Shown here: piece after piece, positions 24,640-38,252 of the stretch | Layout of the letters: each line of letters opens with the position of its first letter | Numbering within the stretch: the stretch's first letter is position 1 | Assembly (NCBI GenBank): GCA_030390025.1 | Contig: CM059432.1 | Span: 87,174,001-87,238,000, forward strand | Length of the DNA stretch: 64,000 bases | Origin: Squalus acanthias | Lineage: Eukaryota | Direction: 5' to 3' | Translations under genes and position numbers: made by a program | Notes under the pieces: model-generated | What the model saw: only the letters and a program-made list of their open reading frames with translations | Database searches by the model: none | What the model was told of the DNA's origin: nothing

Positions 24640-27075
24640 AGGAGAATAGGCCATACGGCCCCTTGAGCCTGCTCCATCATTCAATAAGATCATGGCTGAT
24701 CTTCGACTTCAACTCCACTTTCCCACCCGATCCCCATATCCCTTGATTCCCCGAGAGTCTAAATATCTATCGATCTCAGCCTTGAATATACTCAACGACT
24801 CAGCATCCACAGCCCTTAGGGTTATGAATCTTTGGAATTCTCTACCCCACTGAGTGAAGAAATTCCTCCTCATCTCAGTCTTAAATGGCCGACCCCTTAT
24901 CCTGTGACTGTGCCCCTTAGTTCTAGACTCTCCAGCCAGGGGAAACAACCTCTCAGCATCTACCCTATCAATCCCCCTCAAGGATCTTTTATGTTTCACT
25001 GAGATCACCTCTCATTCGTCTAAGCTCCAGCGTATAGGCCCAAACTACTCAATCTCTCCTCACAGGACAACCCTCTCATCCCAGGAATCATCTAGTGAAC
25101 CTTCGTTGCACCGCCTCTAAGGCAAGTATATCTTTCCTTAGATAAGGAGACCAAAGTCCTGTACAATTGCAGCAAGACTTCCTTACCCTTGTACTCCAAC
25201 CCCCTTGCAATAAAGGCCAACATGCCATTTGCCTTCCTAATTGCTTGCTGTACTTGCATACTAGCTCTCTGGGCTGAATTTTCTGTGGTGGTAGTGGGTG
25301 TGATCGATGGTGGGTTGGGTGGGAAAGTTTTTTTTTTTGACAGCGGCTCGGGAACCCGCTGTCAAATTGCTCCCACGCGCCTTTCCTCCAGGCGCGTCTG
25401 TCATCGTGGAGCCAACCCAACCTGCAGCGGCGGGGACCCAATTGAAATCATGAGGTACTTTACAGGCACTTAAGAGCCTTTTTCCCCCTACCTTTTAAAT
25501 TTCCCTGCATGGCCACGGGATTCACAGAGCTCGGGAACCATGTCTGTCAACCTGAGGCGTGAGTTCCGTGGCCATTGCTCCAGCTGATTACTTGACAGCA
25601 TGGAAAACAAACCAAAATAAAAACATGTTGATTACATCAGTTAACAGATTGAAGGAGATTCTGTTCTACTTGAAAAGCTACTGGTAAATGTTAATTCAGA
25701 AATTCCTGAAGGGATGTAAATGTGAGGGAAATACATTTTTCACTGGCCATTTTCAACTGTTGCCTTCCAACTGAACAGTAATTGCAGTGAATTGATCTGC
25801 ACCATAAAAAATTACATATACCATTTAAATAAATTTTTGTGTTGTTTCTGGTCAGGTTTTTCTCACAGTATTCTGTGATTGGCCAGTTACACATTAAATC
25901 AAGTCATCAACCGTAACAATTTCATTCTCCTCACTTATTCCACTGGTTCAATTTGCTTTCAGTCTCTGAATGTGACTAATTTAATTTTTCAGTCTGAGAC
26001 TTTAGGGTGAATTTCTGCGGAGGTTCTCTCACTTGTCCATTGTTAACGTCAACGGAAGAGCTGCAGAAGTCCTAGAAACACATTATGAACCACTTACACG
26101 GTTTGTCAGGGATTCCTCAGCTCTTCCGCTGAACTTGCATAAGATTGTAAATCCACCCCTTTACGATTACATTTAAAATCTGCTTAATCTTATGTATTAC
26201 CTATACACACACATCTTTTATTTGTACCAGTTACTGATACAAATGTCTATAGAGATTTGTGACTAAAGCACCAATAACTTCCCAATTAATATACTTTTTG
26301 AATTATATTCTTGATCGTATTTGTAGATGGAGTCATATTACTTAATGACAATATTTCTGTCACTCATATATAACTATTATATTATTGTACAGTAAAGATT
26401 CAACACCCACTATGTTAGATTAAACTTAAAATTTAATGTGGCCAGGGTCCCTTTAAGGATCCCGGCTTAAAATACCTCATGAATGACGTCACCAGACCCG
26501 CTCCATCTCATTGGGCCGGGTAACGCGCTGGGCGGGTTTAATAGGCTCTATTAAGGTAAATTCATTTTCTATGGCGGGATGGAGCCAGCAGCAGGATCGC
26601 AACCCGCCACGGACACCGGCCGCACCGGACCCGCCGAGGTAAAGAACATTCCAGCCTCTGTTTCCTGTACGAGGACACCTAATTCTCTCTGAACACCAAC
26701 ATTTAATAGTTTCTCACCATTTAAAAAATATTCTGTTTTTCTATTCTTCCGACCAAAGTGAATAATCTCACATTTCCCCACATTATACTCTATCTGCCAC
26801 CTTATTGCCCACTCACTTAACCTGTCTATATCCCTTTTGCAGGCTCTTTGTGTCACAGCTTACTTTCCCATCTAGCTTTGTATCGTCAGCAAACTTGGAT
26901 ACATTACTCTCGGTTCGTTCATCTAAGTCATTGATATAGATTATAAATAGCTGAGGCCCAAGCACTGATCCTTGTGGCACTCCACTAGTTATAGCTTGCC
27001 AACCAGAAAATAACCCTACTCTCTGTTTCCTGTCCGTAACTAATCCTCCAGCCATGCTAATATATTACCCCCAAC
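24640..27075 (-). mobile_element. CR1 LINE 3' part split by the insertion at 25271-26656
   Basis: [10 protein letters not shown] and KFADDTK at 26813-27055; 3' end at 24640-25270. The two parts are contiguous once the insert is removed. Confidence 0.85.
25271..26656. mobile_element. Harbinger derivative with a foreign AT-rich interior
   Basis: Imperfect TIRs gggctgaattttct / agaacattccagcc and 3-bp TSD TCT. The left arm matches 830-960 (inverted) and the right arm matches 42535-42650. Confidence 0.75.
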
Positions 27076-28575
27076 CTGGCAGAATCCAAACTGAGCATTG
27101 GTGAGCATGTACATTTCTCCAAGATGTGATTTGAGGTTGCTCCTGTGAGATTTAACTCTACCTTCCTCAATGGATTGCATCACCATATACATTATAGCTT
27201 CACAATTGGAGAAACCATCATTTCATATTAAGTTCATGACTTAGTTGTTTAGATGTACAGATCTTACATTTTGAGCACCAGCTCACCCAGAGAGAACTGC
27301 TTTGTTCAGAAGATCCCTCTAATATTTCCCACTCTCTGCACTGATGTCTGAAATCGCTTGTCTCTCAATATATTCAGTACATGCATGAGGATGTGATATA
27401 TTTTATTATATAGCATGTTTTTTTAATTATGTGATACATGTGCCTACAAACCTAAATATCCCTCAGTTGCCAGCCTATATATTGCACTTAGTGATGTTTG
27501 GAGGGGGCAATAGCGGTAGAAAGATGTGACTATTTTGTGATAAAACTGTCACGTCCTGTCTTCCTCCCAATCCCCAATTACTCACAAAATTGAGGAACTT
27601 GTTGATGTTGCTTTTGCCTCCAGACTTCTAAATCCTTTGACAAGACATTCCCATCGTTTAAAGAATTACCAGTATATACTAGCAGGTCCCTTATGGTGCT
27701 GCTTGCGATGAGTCAGAGGTTACACTGTTACAAAGGATGGTTGCGGGGGTGTGGAAGTGGGGAGCTATGCATATTTCAAAAGAAGTTTTTAAGAGATGCT
27801 CCCAGAGACAGTGAGGTAAGTGCTTTTTTAATTGATTCCTGGAAAATAAATTGTATTATTTGTACCCATTGCAGGTAAACTGTTTCCATCGTATACCACA
27901 CTTAATTAAATGCAACATGGGGAATACCTTCTCACTTTTACAGTCCATCTGTTTAGGCTATGTGTTTTTATACTGAAAACCAAGAAATATTTAAACTTAA
28001 AAGATTAAACAAATCTGCATCTTTCTTTACCAAATATATTTGCAACGGTGCATAGTGTTACAAAATATAAATTAGCCTTTAATCAAAATCCCTCTCCAAA
28101 GTTGAGACATATCAGTCTTTCTGAGTTGCTACTGTTTATATGAACAATAGTTGCTTTTTATTTGGAACCATAGGATTATAGAAGTTTACAGCATAAAAGG
28201 AGGAGGCCATTCAGCATATCAAATCTGTGCTGGCTCTTTGCTAACGCAGTCCAGAACTAATCCCACTGTTCTGCTTTCTCCCCATAGCTCTGTACCATCT
28301 TCTGCTTAAAATATTTATCTAGTCTTCCCTTTAAGAGAAAGAAAGTACTTGCATTTATATAGCGTCTTTCACCACTTCAGGACGTCCCAATGCACTTTAC
28401 AGCCAATGAGGTACTTTTGAAATGCAGTCACTGTTGTAATATAGGAAACGTGGCAGCCAATTTACTGACATCAAGGCTCCATAAATAGCAATGAAATAAA
28501 TAGCCAGATCATTTGTTTTAGGTGTTGGTTGAGGGATAAATTCTGGCCAGGACACTGGGAAAACTCCCTTGCTCT

Positions 28576-29760
28576 TTGACTATTCCAACGCACCCTGGCT
28601 GGCCTCCCATGTTCTTCCCTCCATAAACTTGAGGTCATCCAAAACTTTGCTGCCTGTGTCCTAACTCGCACCAAGTCCCGTTCACCCATCACCCCTCTGC
28701 TCGCTGACCTACATTGGCTCCTGGTTAAGTAATGCTTCTACATTAAAATTGTTATCCTTGTTTTCAAATCCCTCCATGGTCTCGCTCCTCCCTATCTCTG
28801 TAATCTCCTCGAACTCTACAATCCCCCGAGATCTCTGTGCTCTGTCAATTTTGGCCTCTTGAGCAGCCCCGATTTTAATCGCTCAACCATTGGTGGTTGT
28901 GCCTTCAGCTGCCTAGGCCCAAAGGTCTGGAATTCCCTCCCTAAACCTCTCCGCCTCTATCTTTTTTTCCTCCTTGAAGACGCTCCTTAAAACCTACTTA
29001 TTGGCCAAGTTTTTGGTCATCTGCCCTAATATCTCCTTATGTGGCTCAGTGTCGAATTTTGTTTGATAACACTCCTGTGAAGCGCCTTTGGACATTTTTC
29101 CACATAAATACTGTGGCAACAAGAGCAGGTCAGAGGCTGGGCATTCTGCGGTGAGTGTCTCACCTCCTGACTCCCCAAAGCCTTTCCACCATCTACAAGG
29201 CACAGGTAAGGAGTGTGATGGAATACTCTCCACTTGCCTGGATGAGTGCAGCTGCAACAACACTCAAGAAGCTTGACACCATCCAGGACAAAGCAGCCCG
29301 CTTGATTGGCACCCCATCCACCACCTTAAACATTCACTCCCTCCACCACCGGCGTACCGTGGCTGCAGTGTGTACCATCTACAAGATGCACTGCAGCAAC
29401 TCGCCAAGGCTTCTTCAACAGCACCTCCCAAACCCGCGACCTCTTCCACCTAGAAGGACAAGGGCAGCAGGTGCATGGGAACACCATCACCTTCAAGTTC
29501 CCCTCCAAGTCACACACCATCCTGACTTAGAAGTATATCGTTGATCCTTCATCGTCGCTGGGTCAAAATCCTGGAACTCCCGACCTAACAGCACTGTGGG
29601 AGTACCTTCACCACACGGACTGCAGCGGTTCAAGAAGGCGGCTCACCACCACCTTCTCAAAGGCAATTAGGGATGGGCAATAAATGCTGGTCTTGCCAGT
29701 GATGCCCACATCCCATAAACTAATAAAAAAAATTAAAGGCACTATATAAATGCAAGCATT
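28576..29760 (+). mobile_element. L2-type LINE 3' end, itself interrupted by a family-B LINE
   Basis: Homologous to 1-391; its tail aaaggcactatataaatgcaag resumes at ~29736. Confidence 0.7.
29107..29732 (+). mobile_element. CR1-group LINE (family B) 3' end with A-tail
   Basis: IYKAQVRSVMEYSPLAW ORF remnant; 3' end gcaataaatgctgg...aataaaaaaaa. Confidence 0.85.
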
Positions 29761-29903
29761 TACTGCTGTAATAGTGTCATGGGATCTTTTATGTCCACCT
29801 GAATGAGCAGACGAGATCTCAATTTAACGTTGCATCCGAAAGATGGCACCTCCAATAGTACAGCACTCACTCAGTACTGCACTGAGCTGCCAGACAAGAT
29901 TAT

Positions 29904-30478
29904 GGGCTGGATTTTCCCGGGTCCCACCAGCACGGTGCGGGAGATGGTGGGAAACCTGGAAGTTCGGGTTTCCCAGCATGCTGTGGTGTTTTAACTCCAC
30001 AGTGTGCGTGCGACTTCAGAAGCGGGTTCCCCGCCCGGAAGTCAGCCTGATTGACAGGCTGGCTTCCAGTCGTGCGGGGAACTCGGAGAAGGAGGCCGCA
30101 GCAACAGATAATTGCTAAGTGCTGGTCCCAGGATGGTAGTTGGGTAGGGGCAGGGATCCGATACCTGAGCACTCCTGCTCCTCCCGGCCCACATGGATTG
30201 CTCCCCGAGGCTGAGACCACCTCGTTGCAACCACCAGGAATCCCGGGATCCCCGATCGCCTGCATTAAAACCTGAAAAGCAGGTTAAAGTAGAGGCTTCA
30301 GACCTCATTGACATATGTAAATTGCCAACCCACCTCCTGGCAGCGGGTTGGCAGCCCCCCCCCCCGCCGCCCCGCCCCCCCATCCCGCCTGAGTGAAAGG
30401 TGAAAGTGGGTGGGTTGGGATTCACATTTTTTTCCAACTTTCACAACCCACCTGTTCTTACCTCTGAAAATTCCGGCC
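29904..30478. mobile_element. Harbinger-type MITE, 575 bp
   Basis: Ends gggctggattttc / gaaaattccggcc, TSD TAT, inserted in the SINE. Confidence 0.75.
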
Positions 30479-31456
30479 TATATATTCAAGTCTGTGGTGT
30501 AGGGGTTGAATGCACAACCTTCTGATTCAGGACAAGAGTGCAACCCATGACACTTAAAGATGTAATGGTCGCTGCCTTAACTATACCCTGTGATTCTGCA
30601 TAAAGAAATCTCTCCTAATCTCTCATCTCACTCACAGTGACTTAAATTTGATGATTCCTCATCCGTGACTCCCTGTCACATTTTGTAATTTTGATCATTT
30701 ATTTCCACCCTGAAAGAATTTGGGAATAATTTATGTTTAAACATTATGTTATTAAACAAAGTGAATTCACACAGGTTTAAAAAAGCCACAGGCCGCAGAC
30801 ACTGAGGCAAAGGTTTTATTTGTTAATAGGCCAGGCACTGAAGCTATGATTTAAAGCTTTACAAGCCAGTATGAGGTTGTTATAGCTCACAGTCTACTTC
30901 AAATGGAAACAATGAGAGTCAATTGACTAATCCCAGACTTATTAAGCTATGATGGTCATTTTGAGAATCACAGGAGATGGCTTCTTGAGCCCACACCACA
31001 AAGGGGGAAGGCGAGGTATTCAGTTTTATTGATCTACTGGTGAATCACTGAATGGGGAAGTCAGAGGGCAGCCCTCCCACCTGCTGGGAAGAGAGAGAGA
31101 ATAGGGGAAGAGAGACATGTTGAGCTCGTCAGGCTTTAAAGAGATGATGAGGTGAAAGCCTGGAGTTGGAGCTCGAATCTCCAGATGCTGGAGGTAATTT
31201 AGAAGTTGCTTTTCAGTCAGGCTTTGTAAAGATTGGAGAAGCACACGTGAGGGCATGTGCAAAAGACGCAATATCCAGTTCAGATCACAAGGGGGCCCTA
31301 TGGCTACACCCCGAGTTACACGATCGTATAGTTAGATATTGGGTAGTATGGGCACACTCCTGAATATAAGATTCTCTTATAGGAGTGACCAGCATCAACA
31401 TACCTGAACATACAACTTGTAACACACACCAGCCAGAGGAAATACTCATTCCCTAT

Positions 31457-33505
31457 TTTTTATTATTCGTTCGTGGGATTAGGCGTCGCTGGCAAGGCTA
31501 GCATTTATGGCCCATCCCTAATTACCCTTGAGAAGGTGAGCTGCCTTCTTGAACCACTGCAGTCCATGTGGTGAAGGTACTCCCACAGTGCTGTTAGGGA
31601 GGGAGTTCCAGGATTTTGACCCAGTGACGATGAAGGAACGATGATATACTTCCAAGTCAGGATGGTGTGTGACTTGGAGGTGGTGGTGTTCCCATGCGCC
31701 TGCTGCCCTTGTCCTTCTAGGTGGAAGAGGTCGCGGGTTTGGTAGGTGCTGCCAAAGAAGCTTTGGCGAGTTGCTGCAGTGCATCTTGTAGATGGTACAC
31801 ACTGCAGCCACGTTACGCCGGTGGTGGAGGGAGTGAATGTTTAAGGTGGTGGATGGGGTGCCAATCAAGAAGGCTGCTTTGTCCTGGATGGTGTCGAGCT
31901 ACTTGAGTGTTGTTGGAGCTGCACTCATCTAGACAAGTGGAGAGTATTCCATCACACGCTTGACTTGCCTTGTAGATGGTGGAAAGGCTTTGGGGAGTCA
32001 GGAGGTGAGACACTCGCCGCAGAATACCTAGCCTCTGGCCTGCTCTTGTTGCCACAGTATTGATGTGGCTAGTCCAGTTAAGTTTCTGGTCAATGGTGAC
32101 CCCCAGGATGTTCATGGTGGGGGATTCGGTAATGCCGTTGAATGTCATGGGGTGGTGGTTAGACGCTGGCTTGTTTGAGATAGTCATTGCCTGGCACTTG
32201 TGTGACGCGAATGTTACCTGTCACTTATCAGCCCAAGCCTGAATGTCGTCCAGGTCTTGTTGCATGCAGGCATGGATTGCTTCATTATCTGAGGAGTTGT
32301 GAATGGCACTGAACACTGTGCAGTCATCAGCGAACATCCCCATTTCTGACCTTATGTTGGAGGGAAGGTCATTGATGAGGCAGCTGAAGATGGTTGGGCC
32401 TAGGACTCTGCCCTGAGGAACTCCTGCAGCAATGTCCTGGGGCTGTGATGATTGACCTCCAACCACCACAACCATCTTCCTTTGTGCTAGGTATGACTCC
32501 AGCTAATGGAGAGTTTCCCCCCCCTGATTCCCATTGACTTCAGTTTTACTAGGGCTCCTTGATGCCACACTCGGTCAAATGCTGCCTTGATGTCAAGGGC
32601 AGTCACTCTCACCTCACCTCTGGAATTCAGTTCTTTCGTCCATGTTTGGACCAAGGCTGTAATGAGGTCTGGAGCCGAGTGGTCCTGGCAGAACCCAAAC
32701 TGGGCATCAGTGAGCAGGTTATTGGTGAGTAAGTGCCACTTGATAGCATTGTCGATGACACCTTCCATCACTTTGCTGATGATTGAGAGTAGACTGATGG
32801 GACGGTAATTGGCTGGATTGGATTTGTCCTGCTTTTTGTGGACAGGACATACCTGGGCAATTTTCCACATTGTCGGATAGATGCCAGTGTTGTAGCTGTA
32901 CTGGAACAGCTTGGCTAGAGGCGCGGCTAGTTCTGGAGCATAAGTCTTCAGCCTGACAGCCAGGATGTTATTGGGGCCCATAGCCTTTGCTGTATCCAGT
33001 GTGCTCAGCCATTTCTTGATATCATGTGGAGTGAATCGAATTGGCTGAAGACTGGCTTCTGTGATGGTGGGGACCTCAGGAGGAGGCCGATATGGATCAT
33101 CCACTCGGCACTTCTGGCTGAAGATGGTTGCAAACGCTTCAGCTTTGTCTTTTGCACTCACGTGCTGGGCTCCACCATCATTGAGGATGGGGATATTCCT
33201 GGTGCCTCCTTCTCCCGTTAATTGTTTGGTCCACCACCATTAACGACTGGATGTGGCAGGACTGCAGAGCTTTGATCTGATCCGTTGATTGTGGGATCGC
33301 TTAGCCCTGTCTATAGCATGCTGCTTCCGCTGTTTAGCATGCATGTAATCCTGTGTTGCAGCTTCCCCAGGTTGGCACCGCATTTTTAGGTACGCCTGGT
33401 GCTGCTCCTGGCATGCTCTTCTACACTCCTTATTGAACCAGGGTTGGTCCCCTGGCTTGATGGTAATGGTTGAGTGAGGTATATGCTGAGCCATGAGGTT
33501 ATAGA
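31457..33505 (-). mobile_element. CR1-group LINE (family B), 2-kb 3' portion with a frameshifted RT
   Basis: ORF 32487-33161 has NYRPISLLS, QFGF, LDIKAAFDRVWH; then GVPQG..LGP and FADD. Confidence 0.92.
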
Positions 33506-34185
33506 TTGCTGAAACCCTTCATAATTTTAAAAACCTTGATTAGATTTCCTCTTAACCTTCTCTGCATGGGTAGAAATAGTCTGAGCATCCGAGTAATTCT
33601 AGTCTCTCTTCATATGCATAATTTTTCCATCAGTAACATCATCCTGGTGAATCTATGCTATTTTATGGTTTTAATGTCCTTTCTCTAATGGGGCACCCAA
33701 AACTGGACACAGTACTGCAACTGGAGTATAACCATTGCCGTGTACAAACTTATCTTCATGTCTTTACTCTTTTACTTCATGCTCCAATTAATAAAACTCA
33801 AAATTCTGTTGGCCTTTTTTATGGCTTTATGTACCTGCACCCACACACGGTCAAGAAATTATATAATTGAAATTATATATTTGCATTCTTATATCTTTCT
33901 GTTCCTCCATACCCTTCAGCATCTTCAGTTCATGTTCCTATTCCTTATTTTTTCTCCTAAAATGTATTACCTCTCACTTCTCCACATTAAATTGCATCTG
34001 CCACCTGTCTGCCCATAGCGCTAATCCGACTATGTCCTACTGAAATATTTTACAGTCTGCCTGGCTGTTTGTCAAACCCCGTGCTTTTGTGTCAATAGCA
34101 GATTTCAATATCATGCTCCCTGTGCCCAAGTCTAAATTATCTACATATATTGAGAACAGAAGTGGTCCCAACACTGATCCCTAGA
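33506..34185 (-). mobile_element. Old CR1 fragment
   Basis: Degenerate match to the RT and 3' region of the other CR1 copies. Confidence 0.6.
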
Positions 34186-35304
34186 GTTCTGCACATGAAC
34201 AACACAAATAAAAGTGCTACTGCCATTTAGAATACAAGTTATTCCTGCACAATTCTTTCCCCATTTGCAGATTTACTCCTTAGCTGCATTTGTGTTTGGC
34301 TCTCTCAGTATGCTTGCTGATGGTAGTTGCAGGAGATCAGTTAGTATATAATACACAAGTTTTTGCTTTCAAAGATACGTCAGGAAAAAGTTGGAGTTTG
34401 TGCTTTACCTTATTGTGGTTTTTTCTGTACAAAAAACAAACCAATTATTTCAATGGTTTCCTTGAAAGTGGGGGGGGGGGGGGGGAGGTGGTGTTCTCGG
34501 TGAGTTTCTACTGGAGGGACTGTGGCTTACAAACAGCAAGGGATTGGCCAATGTTGCTGTCAATCATAAACATTTTTGGAAGGTGTAGACACTGGTGCAT
34601 GCTGGAACCTGTACTTTGCTACAATGTTGAGTTTCCTCAGCTGGCGGTGATATGTTTGGGAACCTGTAGCATTGGGAGAAATTCCAGGGGTGTGAAAGCA
34701 TGGTGGGAGGTACTGTGGCTAACATATCTACATATAGAAGGCAGCTGGGTCATTGTGGATTGTTTCACCCAGTCACTGTGGCCTCCCGAAGCTTGTTTGA
34801 TCGCTTTTGGTGGTCGGAGAGCAATTTCCTAATCTTTTGTCCTAAAATGATTTCTATGTTTTTTTCCCTCTCCCAGGAAGGGCGGGGTGGGGAAAGACAC
34901 GGGGTTGATGTACAGAAGTTACACCACGCCAGCTGGTCTTTTTTTTTTATATGTTCACATGTGCTGGAGTCTGTCAGCACTGGGAACAGATAGTCCCAAG
35001 ATGCAGCACTACTGGGGAGGGTGCTACCGTATGGAGCACTGATAGGGTCCTACTGTGTCAGACTTGGTGGCGGGGAAATCCCAGAGTATCCTGGTGCTCT
35101 GGACAGCAGGATCTGGTAACACCTGGGGTGTGTGGGAGAAGAAATCTGGCTGCACTCAGCAGAGGTTCCAGGGTCTGGGAGCATTTGTGGGCTCCTGGGG
35201 TATGAATAGATATTTTCAAAAGTACCAGAAGTTGGGAATAACCCAAGAGCATGATTTATAATATGAGAGCCAAAATAATCTTGGGTAAGGTTAGGAAAGC
35301 CCCA

Positions 35305-35580
35305 AAATATGCCTCTTGAATGGCTCCAGAGCTTTTGCTTCCACTTCGAAAGACCATTCCCGGTAATTATTCACTCTCTGTGTGATGAAATGCTTCCTGA
35401 TATCAGTCTTAAACTTGCCATTTACCAATTTGTACCTATGACTCCTTGCCCTGCAACGGTGCTTTAACTTAAAATAATGCTCCTTTTCGATTCCGCTTAG
35501 TACTGCATATACCTTTTCGAAAAGGACCCCTCTCATATTCTTCTTCTCAAGCTTAAGAAATCAGTTTTCCGAGTCCTTTC
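35305..35580 (-). mobile_element. Old CR1 3' fragment
   Basis: RSHRYKLVNGKFKTDIRKHFITQRV resembles the CR1 ORF2 C-terminus. Confidence 0.6.
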
Positions 35581-38063
35581 CATGGGTAGGGCAACACTGG
35601 GGCTCCTAGGGTGTGTGTTTAGGGAGAGAAAAAGTTCCCAGGGTCTAGGAGCAGTGGTCGAGTGTCCTAGGATCTGCGAGCGATTGGATGGGTGACAGAA
35701 GGTGTTCCTGGGATTTAGGAGTAGGAAACGGGGATCCCAGGATTTGGAAGGGAGTTTCAGATGGAGAGCATTGAAATGGGGCTCTGGTGTCTGAGAGCAC
35801 ATGGGAAGAGGAGTTTGGGAGCATTGTCGGGACCTGGGGTTTGGCAGCACTGTATTGGGGGGTCAAGGCTTAGCACCACAGGGGAGATCAGGAGTTGGGC
35901 CCAGGAGAATATAGGCCAATCCACTGCTTGTCCACTCCTTGATGTCAGGCATTTCCTGACCTAAGGCTGTTTTAAAGTGCACTTCATGCTACTGATGTGA
36001 TTTCTGACTGCATGCATAGGATTTCACATTTCAGGCCAAGACACAGGCACCCATGGTTTAAGGGGGGACAGCAGGTAATTGTGGGCAAAAACATGGGGCC
36101 TGATGGCAGGAAAGGTTGCTGCAGATTGGGTTGGACTACACATCCAAGCCCCAGGATCCTGACAGAAGTTAGGCCCGGAGGATGGGGGGTAACTTAATAC
36201 CTGTGCTTCCATAAGGAGTTGGCCAATTTAAAAAACACATATTGCAATTTTTTTTCCATATTGGTTAATTTCTAATTTTTTTTACCTGGAGTAGTTAATT
36301 GGCTGAGAGAAAAAAATTGATGGAAACCATTTTTTACACAAAGTGATTTGAGTGATTCGATTGGTTTGCTTTCTTCTTTCTAGCATATCGCTGAGTTAGG
36401 ATTAATAAATTTGAATCCTAATTAATAAATTTGAGTATCAGTTGATCAGTTAGAAGAAACTTGGAGAATTTCAATCATATTTATTAAATTAATAAATGTA
36501 CACCTCAGTAAAGGGTGGAGGAAATGTGAATGGAGGTGCAATAAATGTGTGACACAGAAATCTGCTTAATGCGGACGTGATGCTAAGAGTGTGATGCTCG
36601 ATGTAGCATTTTTATAATATAGATAGATTACAAATTAATAACATTGTTTTAAGCTCTAGTTTCTTCTGATACACAATAAATACAGTGCCGACATCACAAA
36701 AATCAGTTTGGTACCTGATAAATACTGAAAACAAAAAAATCTGCCGGGGACTGAATTTATCCAGATAACAGAGTCTGGAGATGGGCTAGATTATTGTGTA
36801 TTCATAGTCAATGGGCAGAAAATCCGTGCACTGGCTAACCAGGTAACATTAACAATACAGGACACACTTTTGAGCTTCTGAAATCCATTTAGTGTTTCAT
36901 GTGAGTAGCATCTGGATCGTTTACATAATGCTTTGTCTGCACGTTGAAAAACAGACGCAGAGACGTACCTCGGCGCGGAGATTAGAGTTACTATCTTTAG
37001 CTGACTGGATATCTGGGTGCCTGTCTTTCTTTCAGCCCTAACCATGCTGTGAGCTACAGCTGCTGTAAATCCTTCCTGATCCTTCTTAAAAACAAAAAAC
37101 CCTAAGTATTATTATGTTGTCTAAAGCAGCACAGAGATGAGTGAACACTCTTTGAAATACATTACAGTACTGCTGTTAAAAATACTTTTACATACAGATA
37201 ATTAAACATACTCTTTTAAAAAGTCCAATAGGAAACCCTGAACTTGATCTTACACTATGCACCTATAAGCACTATTGCTTCAAATGAGATTAGGAGCCTC
37301 CATTTATAACTGAAGGTTGCTGCAGTTTCAGCATATTTTCAGATTCTTGTTTGAGTTCCAAACATTCTCAACATTTAGAAGGCTACACTGAGTGACATTA
37401 CAGCTGCCAAATTCACTTTCAACTAGTGGCAGGCTCAGACAATGATAGAAAACACAGATGGCCATGAACTATTTTACATTTTTTTCCTTCTAAGCTAGTT
37501 AACCATGGCAGACACTGGTAGATTGTAAGCCAACCCTGGAGGTAGTACTGCATGGCATGGAATACAATAGACACGTCCTTAATCAGATAGTTCCGTGTGA
37601 TGACATTTGGATATTTGGTTAGTGCTGTTTGAGTGGATTTGCTTTCTTCCGGTTGAATGAAAACGGGGATTATTACTTCACCATTTAACTTGACTCTCAT
37701 TATCATACTGTGGGTGTGCTTGGAAACACACCCACCCTGTACTGTACAAATCAGAATGCTTAAACCCAGCACGGGGGAGGGGGTTGGGGAAGACATCCAC
37801 AGACAAAAAGGTATCGTGGCTAAGGATGCAGTTATAACAAGAATGGATTAACTCTACAGCATTAGGTACTATTATCTTGGTTTAGCCTGGAATAAAGCAT
37901 TTCTTCTATGTCCTGACATGATGTGCTCTGCTGAAAAATATTTAATATTTTTAAATATCACTTGAAACAAAATTGCAAGGAACCTCCTAGTCAAAGTTTG
38001 CGAACTGGCAATTAAAACACACAAACAGAATGGGAACGAGGCACTGAATAAGTTTTCCACCAC

Positions 38064-38252
38064 GGGGTAAAAATTCAGCTTCTGCTCTCCTGGTACGTGT
38101 CAGGAGCGCAAATCATGCAACTGTGCATTCACAGCCTGGGATTTTTTCCATCCATTAATTTTCACGCATGGAAAATAGTGGGCTGGGAGTGTGCAATTTC
38201 ATGATATGTACTCCTAGTGAGAGCCTGGGGAGCAGGAGCAAAATTTTTACCT
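38064..38252. mobile_element. Small hairpin MITE (Harbinger-like)
   Basis: Ends ggggtaaaaatt / aatttttacctc with imperfect internal dyad symmetry. Confidence 0.5.

Larger units (their letters stand above)
28346..30552 (-). mobile_element. SacSINE1/DeuSINE-like tRNA-derived SINE broken into three pieces (28346-28575, 29770-29903, 30479-30552)
   Basis: The three pieces are colinear with the intact copy at 60679-61117. Confidence 0.75.

Noticed and set aside
34290..34832. 180-aa ORF
   Set aside because: Non-ATG start, runs through a poly-G tract, and has no recognisable domain.
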